Source of the DNA: an uncultured Verrucomicrobiae bacterium
GTDB taxonomy: Bacteria > Verrucomicrobiota > Verrucomicrobiia > Chthoniobacterales > UBA10450
Direction: 5' to 3'
Length of the DNA: 64,000 bases
Assembly (NCBI GenBank): GCA_963815455.1
Contig: CAWFGO010000002.1
Coordinates: 128,001-192,000, forward strand
The position numbers were made by a program, and so were the translations under genes. The notes beneath the pieces were generated by a model. That model made no database searches, was not told the DNA's origin, and was given only the letters and a program-made list of their open reading frames with translations. Of this stretch, positions 19,939-29,295 are shown piece by piece (the stretch's first letter is position 1; each line of letters opens with the position of its first letter).

Positions 19939-20649
19939 CTAAAAGGCGAAGTTAACGCCGCTGCGGACCATCCCGAAGTCGTCGTCGTCGGTGAAGTTCC
20001 AACTGCCATCGAGCATCCAACCGATGTGCGGGGTGAAACGGTACTCGATCCCGCCGCCTACCTGGCCAAGTGCCCGGGCGTCATCTTCCGATTGGCCAAC
20101 GAAACGCTCTCTGACCCCGATCAGGACAAATTTCTCGCGCTCCCCGCCAAAAATAACTCCGCCACCGGCAAAGATGTAAGGTGACCAATGCGAGCATTGA
20201 AAGGGATAGCGCAAGGTAAATGTACCCTTCACGGCACCCACCGCGTCGTCGTTGCTGGGATCAATGCCAACGTCTCTCAGGCTTTGACTAACGTCTCTGT
20301 TATTATCGGTGGCCAATCCGTAAGCTTCGATGCCGATGCCGAAGTAACGATGGAAAAAGTATTTGATGTCGATTCCACCGCCCCCGGCAACATCGCCGAT
20401 CGTATCATCAAAGTGAACCGTCTCGCCATCCTCGAAAGTAAGATCGCTTTCGTGGATATCGTTGTCGTTGTCTCCACCGAACGCCACTGCACCCCACAAC
20501 GAAATGTTCCATTCATTATCCGCATACCATTGCGGGCAGGGCGGCGGCACAACCTGTTTCATTTCCTTTCCCGAATAAGGTTCCGGTCCGGCAAAGGCCA
20601 GAGTTGATACAACCAAAAGAGTCCCAAAGGCTAAGGTAAATTTCTTCAT
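19939..20649 (-). CDS. Outer-membrane beta-barrel protein, paralog 2
   Basis: Signal peptide, AGPEPYSGKEMKQV, DIKYFF, RYPFQC, C-terminal GVNFAF. Confidence 0.85.
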   Translation of the reverse strand: MKKFTLAFGTLLVVSTLAFAGPEPYSGKEMKQVVPPPCPQWYADNEWNISLWGAVAFGGDNDNDIHESDLTFEDGETVHFDDTIGDVAGGGGIDIKYFFHRYFGIGIEAYGLATDNNRDVSQSLRDVGIDPSNDDAVGAVKGTFTLRYPFQCSHWSPYIFAGGGVIFGGEREKFVLIGVRERFVGQSEDDARALGQVGGGIEYRFTPHIGWMLDGSWNFTDDDDFGMVRSGVNFAF

Positions 20650-20658
20650 AGTCGGCTG

Positions 20659-20687
20659 TGCTTAGGCGTTGCCGAAGGATTCGTCAA
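20659..20687 (-). promoter_or_regulatory. Candidate sigma-70-type promoter of OMP paralog 2 (near-leaderless)
   Basis: TTGACG-N17-TAAGCA, 9 nt before the ATG, preceded by a T-tract. Paralog 1 has TTGACG-N17-TATTCC at 19785-19813. Confidence 0.4.
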
Positions 20688-20783
20688 CAAAAAAACCAAT
20701 AACCAAGGGGCGAAAGCATTATAAAACCATGACAGGAGTGTGCTGATAGCTGCAACACACCTGTGCACTTGGCACAGCGTCGG

Positions 20784-20822
20784 AAAAACAAGAACGCCGG
20801 GAACAGGTGTTCCCGGCGTTCT
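20784..20822 (-). terminator. Intrinsic terminator after OMP paralog 3
   Basis: Perfect 14-bp stem AGAACGCCGGGAAC/GTTCCCGGCGTTCT with a T-rich tail. Confidence 0.75.
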
Positions 20823-20860
20823 CGACTATTCGATTCGTTCGACCTCGTTCGGGGAACGGC

Positions 20861-21580
20861 CTAGAACGAGATGTTGATGCCGGTCCGGGCCATTCCGAAA
20901 TTGTTATCGGCGCCATCGACCACGTTCCAGCTGAAATCAGCTATCCAGCCCATCCGCGGCGTGATCCGAACCTCCATGCCGCCGCCAAACTGGCCCATGC
21001 CACGCGATTCCGTTTCGTGTGCGATGTCTGCAACGGCGCCCCCGACGCGAACCGCCCGATCACGGTGGCCGCCGAAAATCCCGCCGCCGCCGGCCCACAC
21101 ATACGGGGCAAAACGTGAGCAGCCGATTGGATAACGCAGCGTCAAGGTTCCCAGTCCACCGCCAACCACATGGTGGTCGCTCTCCTTGTTGAAGTCTCCT
21201 AGCCCGAAGTTGGTGTAATTGTACCTGCTGCCGTGAGCAGCCAGGCCAAAGCCCTCCACCCCAATGCCGAAATACTTGGCGAAGAAGTATTTAATATCGA
21301 GACCTCCACCCCAGGCGTGATCGCCGCCCAAGAAGCGGTCGTAGGTACCAGTATCACCGGTCACGGCCATATCGAGCAGGCTCGAACGGTTGTTGTCCGT
21401 CCCGGTAAACGCGTATGCGCCCCAGAGACCAACATTCCACTCCGTATCGCGGTACCATTCGCATACCGGCGGCGCGGTGGTGGTCCTCATCTCTTTGCCC
21501 GAGTAAATGCTTGTCTCTCCGGCGAATACTACCGATCCCATGATCGCAAATGCCAACAGTCCTAATGTTAATTTCCTCAT
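20861..21580 (-). CDS. Outer-membrane beta-barrel protein, paralog 3
   Basis: Signal peptide, YSGKEM, DIKYFF, RYPIGC, C-terminal GINISF. Confidence 0.85.
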   Translation of the reverse strand: MRKLTLGLLAFAIMGSVVFAGETSIYSGKEMRTTTAPPVCEWYRDTEWNVGLWGAYAFTGTDNNRSSLLDMAVTGDTGTYDRFLGGDHAWGGGLDIKYFFAKYFGIGVEGFGLAAHGSRYNYTNFGLGDFNKESDHHVVGGGLGTLTLRYPIGCSRFAPYVWAGGGGIFGGHRDRAVRVGGAVADIAHETESRGMGQFGGGMEVRITPRMGWIADFSWNVVDGADNNFGMARTGINISF

Positions 21581-21696
21581 TTTTTTCCCTTGGTTAAATG
21601 TTCCCTTGAAACGGACGTCTTCAGACAGTCCAATTTAGCAACGAATCTCGGGGGTGGTTTGGATGCCCCGACGCCCAATAAACACGCCGTTTTACG

Positions 21697-21713
21697 AGCG
21701 GGAACCGTGCCAA
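21697..21713 (-). promoter_or_regulatory. Candidate sigma-54 promoter of OMP paralog 3
   Basis: TTGGCACGGTTCCCGCT has GG-N10-GC spacing with TGGCACG. Confidence 0.5.
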
Positions 21714-21724
21714 TGCCAGGCGTT

Positions 21725-23299
21725 TTAGGACTTCAATTCCGCTCCTGTATTGGCGTCGGTAACGATGAATTTCTCGTGATGGTAAGTGGGATCGCCGCGG
21801 AACGTCAGCCGGCCGGCATATCGCCGTTCCAGCTCCACCAGCAACTCCTCGTCCTCTTCTTTCAAACGCTTCAGCACATCGGGATTTAGAATCACGCGAA
21901 AATCGTGCACGCTATCCTGATGATTGCGCATCACCGTGTTAAGAGTACGGTGCAATTCCACGCTCGTGGTCATCGACGTCTTCACCACCCCGCGCCCGCT
22001 GCAATATGGACAATTTTCGTAGATCGTGTCGCTCAAGCTTTCCTGCGCTCTTTGCCTCGTCATTTCCATCAAACCGAGTGCCGAAATTGGAAGAACATGA
22101 GTCTTGGCTTTGTCGCGCCTGAGCCGCTCCTTCATGAGGTTGTAAACCATTTGCTGATCTTTGCGGCTTTTCATGTCGATAAAATCGCCAATGATCAGGC
22201 CGCCGATGTTGCGCAACCGCAGCTGGCGCGCGATTTCGTCCGCCGCTTCCAAGTTCGTTTGCAGGATCGTCTTCTCGACGTCGCGCCCGCCCTTGTTACG
22301 GCCAGTGTTTACGTCAATAGCCACAAGCGCTTCAGTTTCGTCGATTACAATGTAACCGCCGCATCTAAGCCAGACCTGCCGGTGAAAAGCGTCATCGATT
22401 TGCTTCTGCACTCCATGAGCCTCGAAAATCGGCGTCGCGCCATCGTAAAAGTGAATTCGGTTGCGCGATCGTCGAGAGATCTGACCGATCATTTCGGTCA
22501 TTCGGTCCATCGCGACGCGGTCGTCACAAAGAACTTCGTCGATCTCTTCCGTGAGAAAATCGCGAACGGTCCGTTCGACCAAATCAGGCTCCTCAAAGAC
22601 GCGGCAGGGGGCTGTCTGTTCGCGGATAGCCTGCTCAACTTTGATCCATTGATCGAGGAGAAACCGCAAATCACGCACAAAATATCTGGCCCGCTGGCCT
22701 TCACCCACCGTGCGGATGATCACGCCGACGCCTTCGGGAATATCCAGCTGGCGCAGGATCTTGCGTAACCGGTCGCGCTCCTTTGGGTTCTCGATCTTGC
22801 GCGAGATACCGCTGCGATCGCTAAACGGCATCAGAACCAGATAACGGCCGGCGAAACTGAGGTTGGTCGTCACCCGAGGGCCCTTAGTCCCGATCGGCCC
22901 CTTCGTGACCTGCACGATGACTTCCGAGCCCACGGGATAAATGCTCGGGATGTCCTTAACCGTTATCCGCTTGCGTGGCCGCCGGTTTGCCGGTCGATCG
23001 ATTTCTTCAATGCCGCTATCGAGTGCCGCCGGAATGGCGTCCCAAAAATGCAGGAACGCGTTCTTCTCGAAGCCGATGTCGACGAACATCGCCTTCAAAC
23101 CCATCTCGATGTTCTTGACCTTGCCCTTGTAAACGCTGCCTACGATATTGCGCGAGGTTTTACGCTCGACGCTGTATTCCTCGAGGCGACCATTCTCGAG
23201 CAGCGCCACGCGCGACTCGAGCTTTTCCACGCTGAGCACAATTTTGTTGCCGGTCTTGCGTGAAGAAAGACCTAAAATTTTTCGTACTTGTTCTAACAT
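21725..23299 (-). CDS. rng: Ribonuclease E/G family
   Basis: S1 domain AMFVDIGFEKNAFLH, IDVNTG, LRLRNIGGLIIGDFIDM, CPYCSGRG. Confidence 0.93.
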   Translation of the reverse strand: MLEQVRKILGLSSRKTGNKIVLSVEKLESRVALLENGRLEEYSVERKTSRNIVGSVYKGKVKNIEMGLKAMFVDIGFEKNAFLHFWDAIPAALDSGIEEIDRPANRRPRKRITVKDIPSIYPVGSEVIVQVTKGPIGTKGPRVTTNLSFAGRYLVLMPFSDRSGISRKIENPKERDRLRKILRQLDIPEGVGVIIRTVGEGQRARYFVRDLRFLLDQWIKVEQAIREQTAPCRVFEEPDLVERTVRDFLTEEIDEVLCDDRVAMDRMTEMIGQISRRSRNRIHFYDGATPIFEAHGVQKQIDDAFHRQVWLRCGGYIVIDETEALVAIDVNTGRNKGGRDVEKTILQTNLEAADEIARQLRLRNIGGLIIGDFIDMKSRKDQQMVYNLMKERLRRDKAKTHVLPISALGLMEMTRQRAQESLSDTIYENCPYCSGRGVVKTSMTTSVELHRTLNTVMRNHQDSVHDFRVILNPDVLKRLKEEDEELLVELERRYAGRLTFRGDPTYHHEKFIVTDANTGAELKS

Positions 23300-23372
23300 A
23301 AAACTGGAGAGGTTCTGCGATCGGAAGCGCAAGCATCGTAATGGTGATGTTCATCGCTGGTTGGATCGCCAT

Positions 23373-25631
23373 TTATCGTGAGCGCGGGCGGCGGGGGGGT
23401 GGAGTTGGTGTAGAAGCTGGTCGAGGTTTAGCCCCGAAAAGGCGTTCGAAAAAGTTAGGCCGCCGTTGTGGAGTGTTCGATACCGGTTGGGCCCGGGGCA
23501 AACGGCGCCTGGAGACCTGGCCCTGCTGGTCCGCTTCCGGCTCGACATCGGGGTTCGCGCCGGCCACGGCCATCTGAGCGTCTCCATTCTGGCTGTTCAA
23601 GTTTTCTTCATCGGCGCTGGCCACGTTAGGCCCGGCGTCCTGAAAGCTCACTTCTTTGATCATCTGGAATGGATTCGGCTTGCTCGCCGGCGGAAGCCAG
23701 GCGACCTGCGCTTCAAATTTTCCATCCTCCATTGCCAGGGAGCGCTCGAGGATACGGGTGGCAATCGGCGCCGCTACCGAGCCGCCGTGCTCGCCTCCCT
23801 GCACCATTACCGCGATCGTATATTTCGGATGTTCGAATGGCGCCCAACAAATGAACCAGGCAATGGTATCTTTGCGGCCATGATCGGTCGCCTGCGCCGT
23901 GCCGGTTTTCCCCGCCACCTGAACGTTGCTCAGGCGGGCCCGGCCACCGGTGCCTCCGTCCTCGTTCACGACTTTCCAGAAACCGCGGCGCTCCAGGTCG
24001 AGGTCCGCCGCTGAAACTTCGCTGCGAAAATCGGCGTGCACTTTCGGCTCATCCGGCACGGCAATTTTTCCGTTCTCATTCACCGCCGGCACGCCGTCGT
24101 GGGTCACAACCTTCTTAACCAGGCGCGGATAATAGGAAGTGCCGCCGTTGGCCAGCATTGCGTAAGCCATCGCCATCTGAAGAGGCGTGCATAGATCGTA
24201 GCCCTGGCCAATGGAAACGTTGGCTGTGTAAGCCTGCGACCATCTTTCCTGCGGATAATGAATTCGCATCCAATCCGGACCGGGCAAAACGCCCGGCTGT
24301 TCGCCGGTCAAGTCGAGTCCGGAAGGTTTGCCTAGTCCCAGCAGCTCACCTACCCGGTCGATCGACTCGATCCCGGCGGCGTTGCCGTATTGGTAGAAAA
24401 ATGCATTGCAGGAAACCTTAATTGCATCCGCCAATGTCAGCGTTCCGTGCGTGTAATGCTTCTCACTTACCCAGCATTGAAAATAGTGATCGCCGTAGGA
24501 TACGCCGCCGTAGCAGGTAAATTTCGTCTTGGCCAGGCCCCGGCGCAGTCCGGCCAGTGACGTGATCAGCTTAAATGTCGATCCCGGGGGAAAGGCGCTG
24601 ACCGCGCGATTGACTAACGGATTCGCATCGTCTTTGCGCAGAGCTTCCCAGTCCTTCGCCTTGATACTTGGGATGAACGCGTTCGGATCGAACGACGGCA
24701 CCGAAGCCATGGCCAGGATATCGCCGTTGTTTGGATCGACAACGACCGCCGCCCCGCGTCCGACTGCCCGCAACGCTTCCTCGGCAATCGCCTGGATGCG
24801 CGCGTCGATGGTCAAATAAACGTCGGCGCCTTGCGTGGGCGGATCTTCTCTTAGCACTCCGTCGATGGCCCCTTTGGCATTACGCCGCAAATAGCGCACT
24901 CCGGGTTTGCCCCGCAGATACTCGTCCATCGCTTTCTCGATATTCGATTTCCCATCCACGTCGCCTTGATAAAAAGTAAACTTCCTCGCTTCCTCTTTGT
25001 TAATGTCGTCCGGCGCACCGACGTAGCCGAGAATGTGCGACGCCAACGCTCCGTAAACATAGGAACGCACCGGTTTGACCGCGATATCCACGCCCGGTAA
25101 TCCGACATCGTGCTCGGAAAATTTCGCCATTGTGGGAAAGTCGATGTCTCGAATGTAGGAATAGGGCACTTCGGTGTCGTTGCGATAATGCCGCTGCAAC
25201 TGGCTGGCGTTGTAATCGCGGGCCAGATCGAGATCGTTCAGCCGGGGGACAATTCCCTGGTTTACGATCTTGATGATATCCGGCTCCTTCACATCCTTCG
25301 GCATGCCGTTAATGGTGGCGCGATATTCTGTGAGCGGCGGCAAACCGAAGCGTTCCCGGTAGCCTTTCACCATTTCCGGCAGATAAAAATCGACTTCATA
25401 ACTGGCCCGGTTCTGCACCAGTGTGAGGCCATTGCGATCTTTGATCTCGCCTCGCACCGAAGGAATCCGCACCGTGGCCTGCGAACTGCCACGAATTTGA
25501 GCGGTCCATTCCTGACCGTGCGCCACCTGGATCCACCAAAGCCGGAATATCAGCGAACCGATCCCCATGAGAATGAGCAGCCCCAGGAACTGGATTCGCA
25601 AGCGCGAGGAGAAGCGGCGACGACGGTTCAT
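23373..25631 (-). CDS. mrdA: Penicillin-binding protein 2
   Basis: RGEIKDRNG, PPGSTFK (SxxK), SCN, KTGTAQ; follows mreD. Confidence 0.94.
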   Translation of the reverse strand: MNRRRRFSSRLRIQFLGLLILMGIGSLIFRLWWIQVAHGQEWTAQIRGSSQATVRIPSVRGEIKDRNGLTLVQNRASYEVDFYLPEMVKGYRERFGLPPLTEYRATINGMPKDVKEPDIIKIVNQGIVPRLNDLDLARDYNASQLQRHYRNDTEVPYSYIRDIDFPTMAKFSEHDVGLPGVDIAVKPVRSYVYGALASHILGYVGAPDDINKEEARKFTFYQGDVDGKSNIEKAMDEYLRGKPGVRYLRRNAKGAIDGVLREDPPTQGADVYLTIDARIQAIAEEALRAVGRGAAVVVDPNNGDILAMASVPSFDPNAFIPSIKAKDWEALRKDDANPLVNRAVSAFPPGSTFKLITSLAGLRRGLAKTKFTCYGGVSYGDHYFQCWVSEKHYTHGTLTLADAIKVSCNAFFYQYGNAAGIESIDRVGELLGLGKPSGLDLTGEQPGVLPGPDWMRIHYPQERWSQAYTANVSIGQGYDLCTPLQMAMAYAMLANGGTSYYPRLVKKVVTHDGVPAVNENGKIAVPDEPKVHADFRSEVSAADLDLERRGFWKVVNEDGGTGGRARLSNVQVAGKTGTAQATDHGRKDTIAWFICWAPFEHPKYTIAVMVQGGEHGGSVAAPIATRILERSLAMEDGKFEAQVAWLPPASKPNPFQMIKEVSFQDAGPNVASADEENLNSQNGDAQMAVAGANPDVEPEADQQGQVSRRRLPRAQPVSNTPQRRPNFFERLFGAKPRPASTPTPPPRRPRSR

Positions 25632-26170
25632 TCGAAACGGTCCCTTTCCGGAAGATAGGCGAAGGCGGTGATCCTACCCAACCATTGCAAAAACCAAAAG
25701 ACAACGGGCGACATGAGCATGGCGATCAAACCCGGACCGCCGATCTGCCACCAGACTTCCTGCGTAAAAACAAGAGAGCCGCGTCGAAATGTGATCATTA
25801 AATATTGTGCCAAAAGTATCAGCGACGTGCAGATGCCGGTCATAATGCAATGCACTTCCCAGCGGCCGCGGATAAAGAGTGGCCTCAAGCCATGCATAAT
25901 TCCCGCCAGCACAGCGTAGAGCAGTATCGACCATCCAAGCGAGATTTCAACCTTGGCATCGATGACCTGGACCGTGAGAGCGTCGAGCAGGACTCCGGCA
26001 TACAGCGCCAGCGCCAGCATCATCGGGAAAGGCAGCGCCACCGCTCCATAAAAAACAATTACCGGTGCGATATAAACGTGCGCGTTATAAAGCCACGGCA
26101 GCGTTGGAATGAAAAACTCCGCTATTTGCGCGATCAGGACCAGGATCAAAAGCAAAAAGAAAAAAATCAT
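25628..26170 (-). CDS. mreD: Rod shape-determining protein MreD
   Basis: About 180-aa polytopic membrane protein between mreC and mrdA, with overlapping start and stop codons. Confidence 0.8.
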   Translation of the reverse strand: MIFFFLLLILVLIAQIAEFFIPTLPWLYNAHVYIAPVIVFYGAVALPFPMMLALALYAGVLLDALTVQVIDAKVEISLGWSILLYAVLAGIMHGLRPLFIRGRWEVHCIMTGICTSLILLAQYLMITFRRGSLVFTQEVWWQIGGPGLIAMLMSPVVFWFLQWLGRITAFAYLPERDRFE

Positions 26171-26970
26171 TTTCGCCCGGTCACCACGAAGACGTCCTCC
26201 AGATGCGACAAATCGACCCCGGGCACCAGCTGCGCCTGCGAATCCAAGGCGCGAACCTGAAAAGTCTTCACCACGCCTACCAGCAGGCCGGAGGGGAAAA
26301 CGCCGCCCACGCCTGTGGTGTAAACCTTTTGCCCGGGCTTTAGGTCCGCTTGTTTCGAAAGAAAATTCAGATCCAGCAGCGGGGTCACACCGGTGGTCAG
26401 GCGCTCGCCAGAGACGATTCCCTGTTCGCGGGTTCCTTCCACCGAGCACGCGACCTTGCAATTTTCGTCCGCGATCAAGAGCACGAGCGAGATGTTCGCG
26501 CTTACGGTTGTCGTTTTACCGACCAAACCTTCATCGGTCACCACCGGCATGTCGCCCTCGACGCCATCTTCCTTTCCCCGATTGATCGTGATCGTGCGCC
26601 ACCACGTGGAAGAATCGCGGGCCACGACCACCGCCGGCACCAGCTTGAAAACGGAACGCTCGCGATAATTGAGGGCGTGCCGGAGGCGGTTCACCTCGCG
26701 CTCTACATCCCGCAACGCCTGATTGGTCGCGCGCAATTGGCGGTTCTCCACCTGTAGCGTCGTATTTTCGTGCTCGAGTTCCTCCAACGATTTCAACCCG
26801 GTGCGCACGGACGTGATCTGTTTCTGCAAACCCGAGCCGCTCGTCAAAAACGGCGCAATCAATTGATAGATCCCGGCCTGGAATTTGCGCGTGCTTTCGG
26901 GCCCGAAACTCAGGAAATAGCCGAGAATGGCGCCGAAGACCAACAGCGCAATGATGCCAGTGCGACTCAT
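26167..26970 (-). CDS. mreC: Rod shape-determining protein MreC
   Basis: TM anchor, coiled coil, ITINRGKEDGV, GLVGK, GGVFPSGLLVG. Confidence 0.93.
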   Translation of the reverse strand: MSRTGIIALLVFGAILGYFLSFGPESTRKFQAGIYQLIAPFLTSGSGLQKQITSVRTGLKSLEELEHENTTLQVENRQLRATNQALRDVEREVNRLRHALNYRERSVFKLVPAVVVARDSSTWWRTITINRGKEDGVEGDMPVVTDEGLVGKTTTVSANISLVLLIADENCKVACSVEGTREQGIVSGERLTTGVTPLLDLNFLSKQADLKPGQKVYTTGVGGVFPSGLLVGVVKTFQVRALDSQAQLVPGVDLSHLEDVFVVTGRK

Positions 26971-26974
26971 CGCA

Positions 26975-27047
26975 TTTTCGATCTTCGATTTTCGATTTTC
27001 GATTTTGCCGTCTTCAATCGAAAATCATCGATCGAAAATCGAAAATC
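26975..27047. repeat. Heptamer tandem repeats (TTTCGAT)n / (ATCGAAA)n arranged as an inverted pair
   Basis: TTTTCGATCTTCGATTTTCGATTTTCGATT...AATCGAAAATCATCGATCGAAAATCGAAAAT between mreB and mreC. Confidence 0.85.
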
Positions 27048-27048
27048 G

Positions 27049-28086
27049 CTACCGCCACTGACGGTCCGCCGAGGCGACTTGACGCAAAAATTTAAGTTCA
27101 TTAAGGCATTTGCCGGTTCCTTCCGCCACGGCGCTCAGCGGATCTTCAGCAACATGGACAGGCAACCCGGTTTCTTCGCTCAAAAGCTTGTCGAAGCCGC
27201 GCAGCAACGCGCCGCCGCCGGCCAAAACCAATCCGCGATCCACCAGGTCCGCCGAAAGTTCGGGCGGACAACGCTCCAGCGTAATGCGAACCGAATCGAC
27301 AATGGTCGAGATCGGCTCGAGCAACGCTTCACGGACTTCCTGCGACGTAATCATCAGCGTCTTGGGCAAACCCGCGACCAGATCGCGCCCTTTTACTTCC
27401 ACGCTCGTCTCCTTCTCGCTCGGATATGCGCTGCCGATCTTGATCTTAATTTCCTCGGCCGTGCGCTCGCCCACCATCAAATTGTAGGCGCGCTTCATGT
27501 ATTGCACGATCGCTTCATCCAATTCGTCACCCGCCACTCGCACGCTTCGGCTAAACACAATCCCCGAAAGCGAAATGAGAGCCACCTCGGTCGTGCCGCC
27601 GCCGATGTCGATGATCATGTTGCCGGCCGGGTCCTGCACCGGAAGTCCCACGCCGATCGCCGCCGCCATCGGCTCCTCAATTAGATAAACTTCGCGCGCA
27701 CCGGCGTGCGTCGCCGACTCGCGCACCGCACGCTTTTCCACTTCGGTAATTCCGGACGGGACCGCGATGACGACACGCGGACGCGCCCGCACGCGGCGAT
27801 TATGCACTTTGGCGATGAAATGCCGCAACATCGCTTCGGTCACTTCGAAATCCGCGATCACGCCATCTTTCAACGGGCGCACTGCCACGATATTGGCCGG
27901 CGTCCGGCCAAGCATGCGCTTGGCCTCATCGCCTACAGCCAGCACTTTGTTCGTGCCCGCCTGCACCGCCACCACCGAGGGCTCGCGCAACACGATGCCC
28001 TGATCCTTCACGTAAACGAGAGTATTCGCCGTTCCGAGATCGATCCCGATGTCGTTCGATAAAAAACCGAAAAGTCCGTTAAACAT
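27049..28086 (-). CDS. mreB: Rod shape-determining protein MreB
   Basis: [36 protein letters not shown]. Confidence 0.98.
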   Translation of the reverse strand: MFNGLFGFLSNDIGIDLGTANTLVYVKDQGIVLREPSVVAVQAGTNKVLAVGDEAKRMLGRTPANIVAVRPLKDGVIADFEVTEAMLRHFIAKVHNRRVRARPRVVIAVPSGITEVEKRAVRESATHAGAREVYLIEEPMAAAIGVGLPVQDPAGNMIIDIGGGTTEVALISLSGIVFSRSVRVAGDELDEAIVQYMKRAYNLMVGERTAEEIKIKIGSAYPSEKETSVEVKGRDLVAGLPKTLMITSQEVREALLEPISTIVDSVRITLERCPPELSADLVDRGLVLAGGGALLRGFDKLLSEETGLPVHVAEDPLSAVAEGTGKCLNELKFLRQVASADRQWR

Positions 28087-28286
28087 GAATTAATTGTTCC
28101 AGTCCGCTCGGAAACGCCGCCATCGATCTCTATAGCAAACGGTACGCCTCACCAACGCGATTCTAACCGGCTGAATCGCCGTAACATGAAACACGGCATG
28201 ACGGCGTCAAGCTCATTTATGTGGACGTTGAAGGTTGGCGCGTTGAAGCGGAAACCATCGCCGCGCTCAACAATTCCCGCAGTGCG

Positions 28287-29087
28287 TCACGCAGCGTTCT
28301 TCACGGAGTGCAATTGCTCCATCATTCTCCAGTCGCACTTGTTTGCCCACCGCGCCGCTTTTCGCTTTAGTTCCGCGGTGTTGCTCAATCCAAGTTTGTC
28401 CATGATCCGCTTTTGATAAGTCTCGATCGTCTTCGGACTGACGTACATCGACTGGGCCATTTCTGACACGCCCGCGCCTTTGCCAATGTGAACGAAAATT
28501 TCCCGCTCACGATCGCTCAGCTTCGCCAACTTCGGTCCGGCAGAGTTCGCCCCGCCGATGGCAAACTTGTTAAATACGAGTTGTTCCAATCCACTGCTCA
28601 CATAGTGATCTCCCGCGCAAATCTTTTTCAAGGCCGGGAACAGCTCAGAGCGTCCGTCGAAAATTGTCACATATCCCAGGGCGCCAGCCCGCCAAGCTCG
28701 ATGGACCGAGGCCGCCTCTTCGGAAGCAGACAGCATCAGGATCGCAACCTTCCTGTCCATTTTGTGAAATTCTTTGATTAGCTGAAGGCCCTCGCCACTA
28801 CGCAGCGTCGGGCCAACGATCACCACCCGCGGCCGATGCCGTTCGAACAGACGGCGCGCCGTAGGTCCGTCATTGGTTTCCGCGCACACTTCAAATGCAT
28901 CGCTGCCCGCCAGCAGCGTCGTTACCCCACCACAGATCAGCCCCACATAATGCGCCAGCAATACAGTGATCTTTGTCGGAGTTTCCAACGCTGGTGATTG
29001 CGGGCCGTTGTCGGGGACTTTGTCGGGGGTCGAACCGCGCAACGATATCGATCCTCGCCTGAGCTTACTCGTTTTTCGGCGCGACAT
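28287..29087 (-). CDS. NarL/LuxR-family regulator with a degenerate receiver domain
   Basis: HTH LSDREREIF...SPKTIETYQKRIMDKLGL; the receiver lacks the acidic pocket, phospho-Asp (VVIVG) and Lys. Start uncertain. Confidence 0.85.
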   Translation of the reverse strand: MSRRKTSKLRRGSISLRGSTPDKVPDNGPQSPALETPTKITVLLAHYVGLICGGVTTLLAGSDAFEVCAETNDGPTARRLFERHRPRVVIVGPTLRSGEGLQLIKEFHKMDRKVAILMLSASEEAASVHRAWRAGALGYVTIFDGRSELFPALKKICAGDHYVSSGLEQLVFNKFAIGGANSAGPKLAKLSDREREIFVHIGKGAGVSEMAQSMYVSPKTIETYQKRIMDKLGLSNTAELKRKAARWANKCDWRMMEQLHSVKNAA

Positions 29088-29295
29088 GACGTCTCTTGAT
29101 TTCGTTAGCCTTTGTAAGGCAAACCCTGACAAGAAAGCAACACAAAAAAATCAGGGATTTCCCCGACAAGACAAATTCACGGGCGATCGCTTAATCTCCG
29201 CAGGCATGAACACACGGGTTCTCAACAGATCGGCCGCATCCAAGACGCAAAACGCCTATCAACGTTCGAAAGCAACGACGAGGAGGACAGTGTTG

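Noticed and set aside
20769..20785. TTGGCAC sigma-54-like site on the + strand
   Set aside because: No GC at -12 and no + strand gene downstream.
23373..28086. rodA missing from the mre-mrd cluster
   Set aside because: It is often encoded separately, so its absence here is uninformative without the whole genome.
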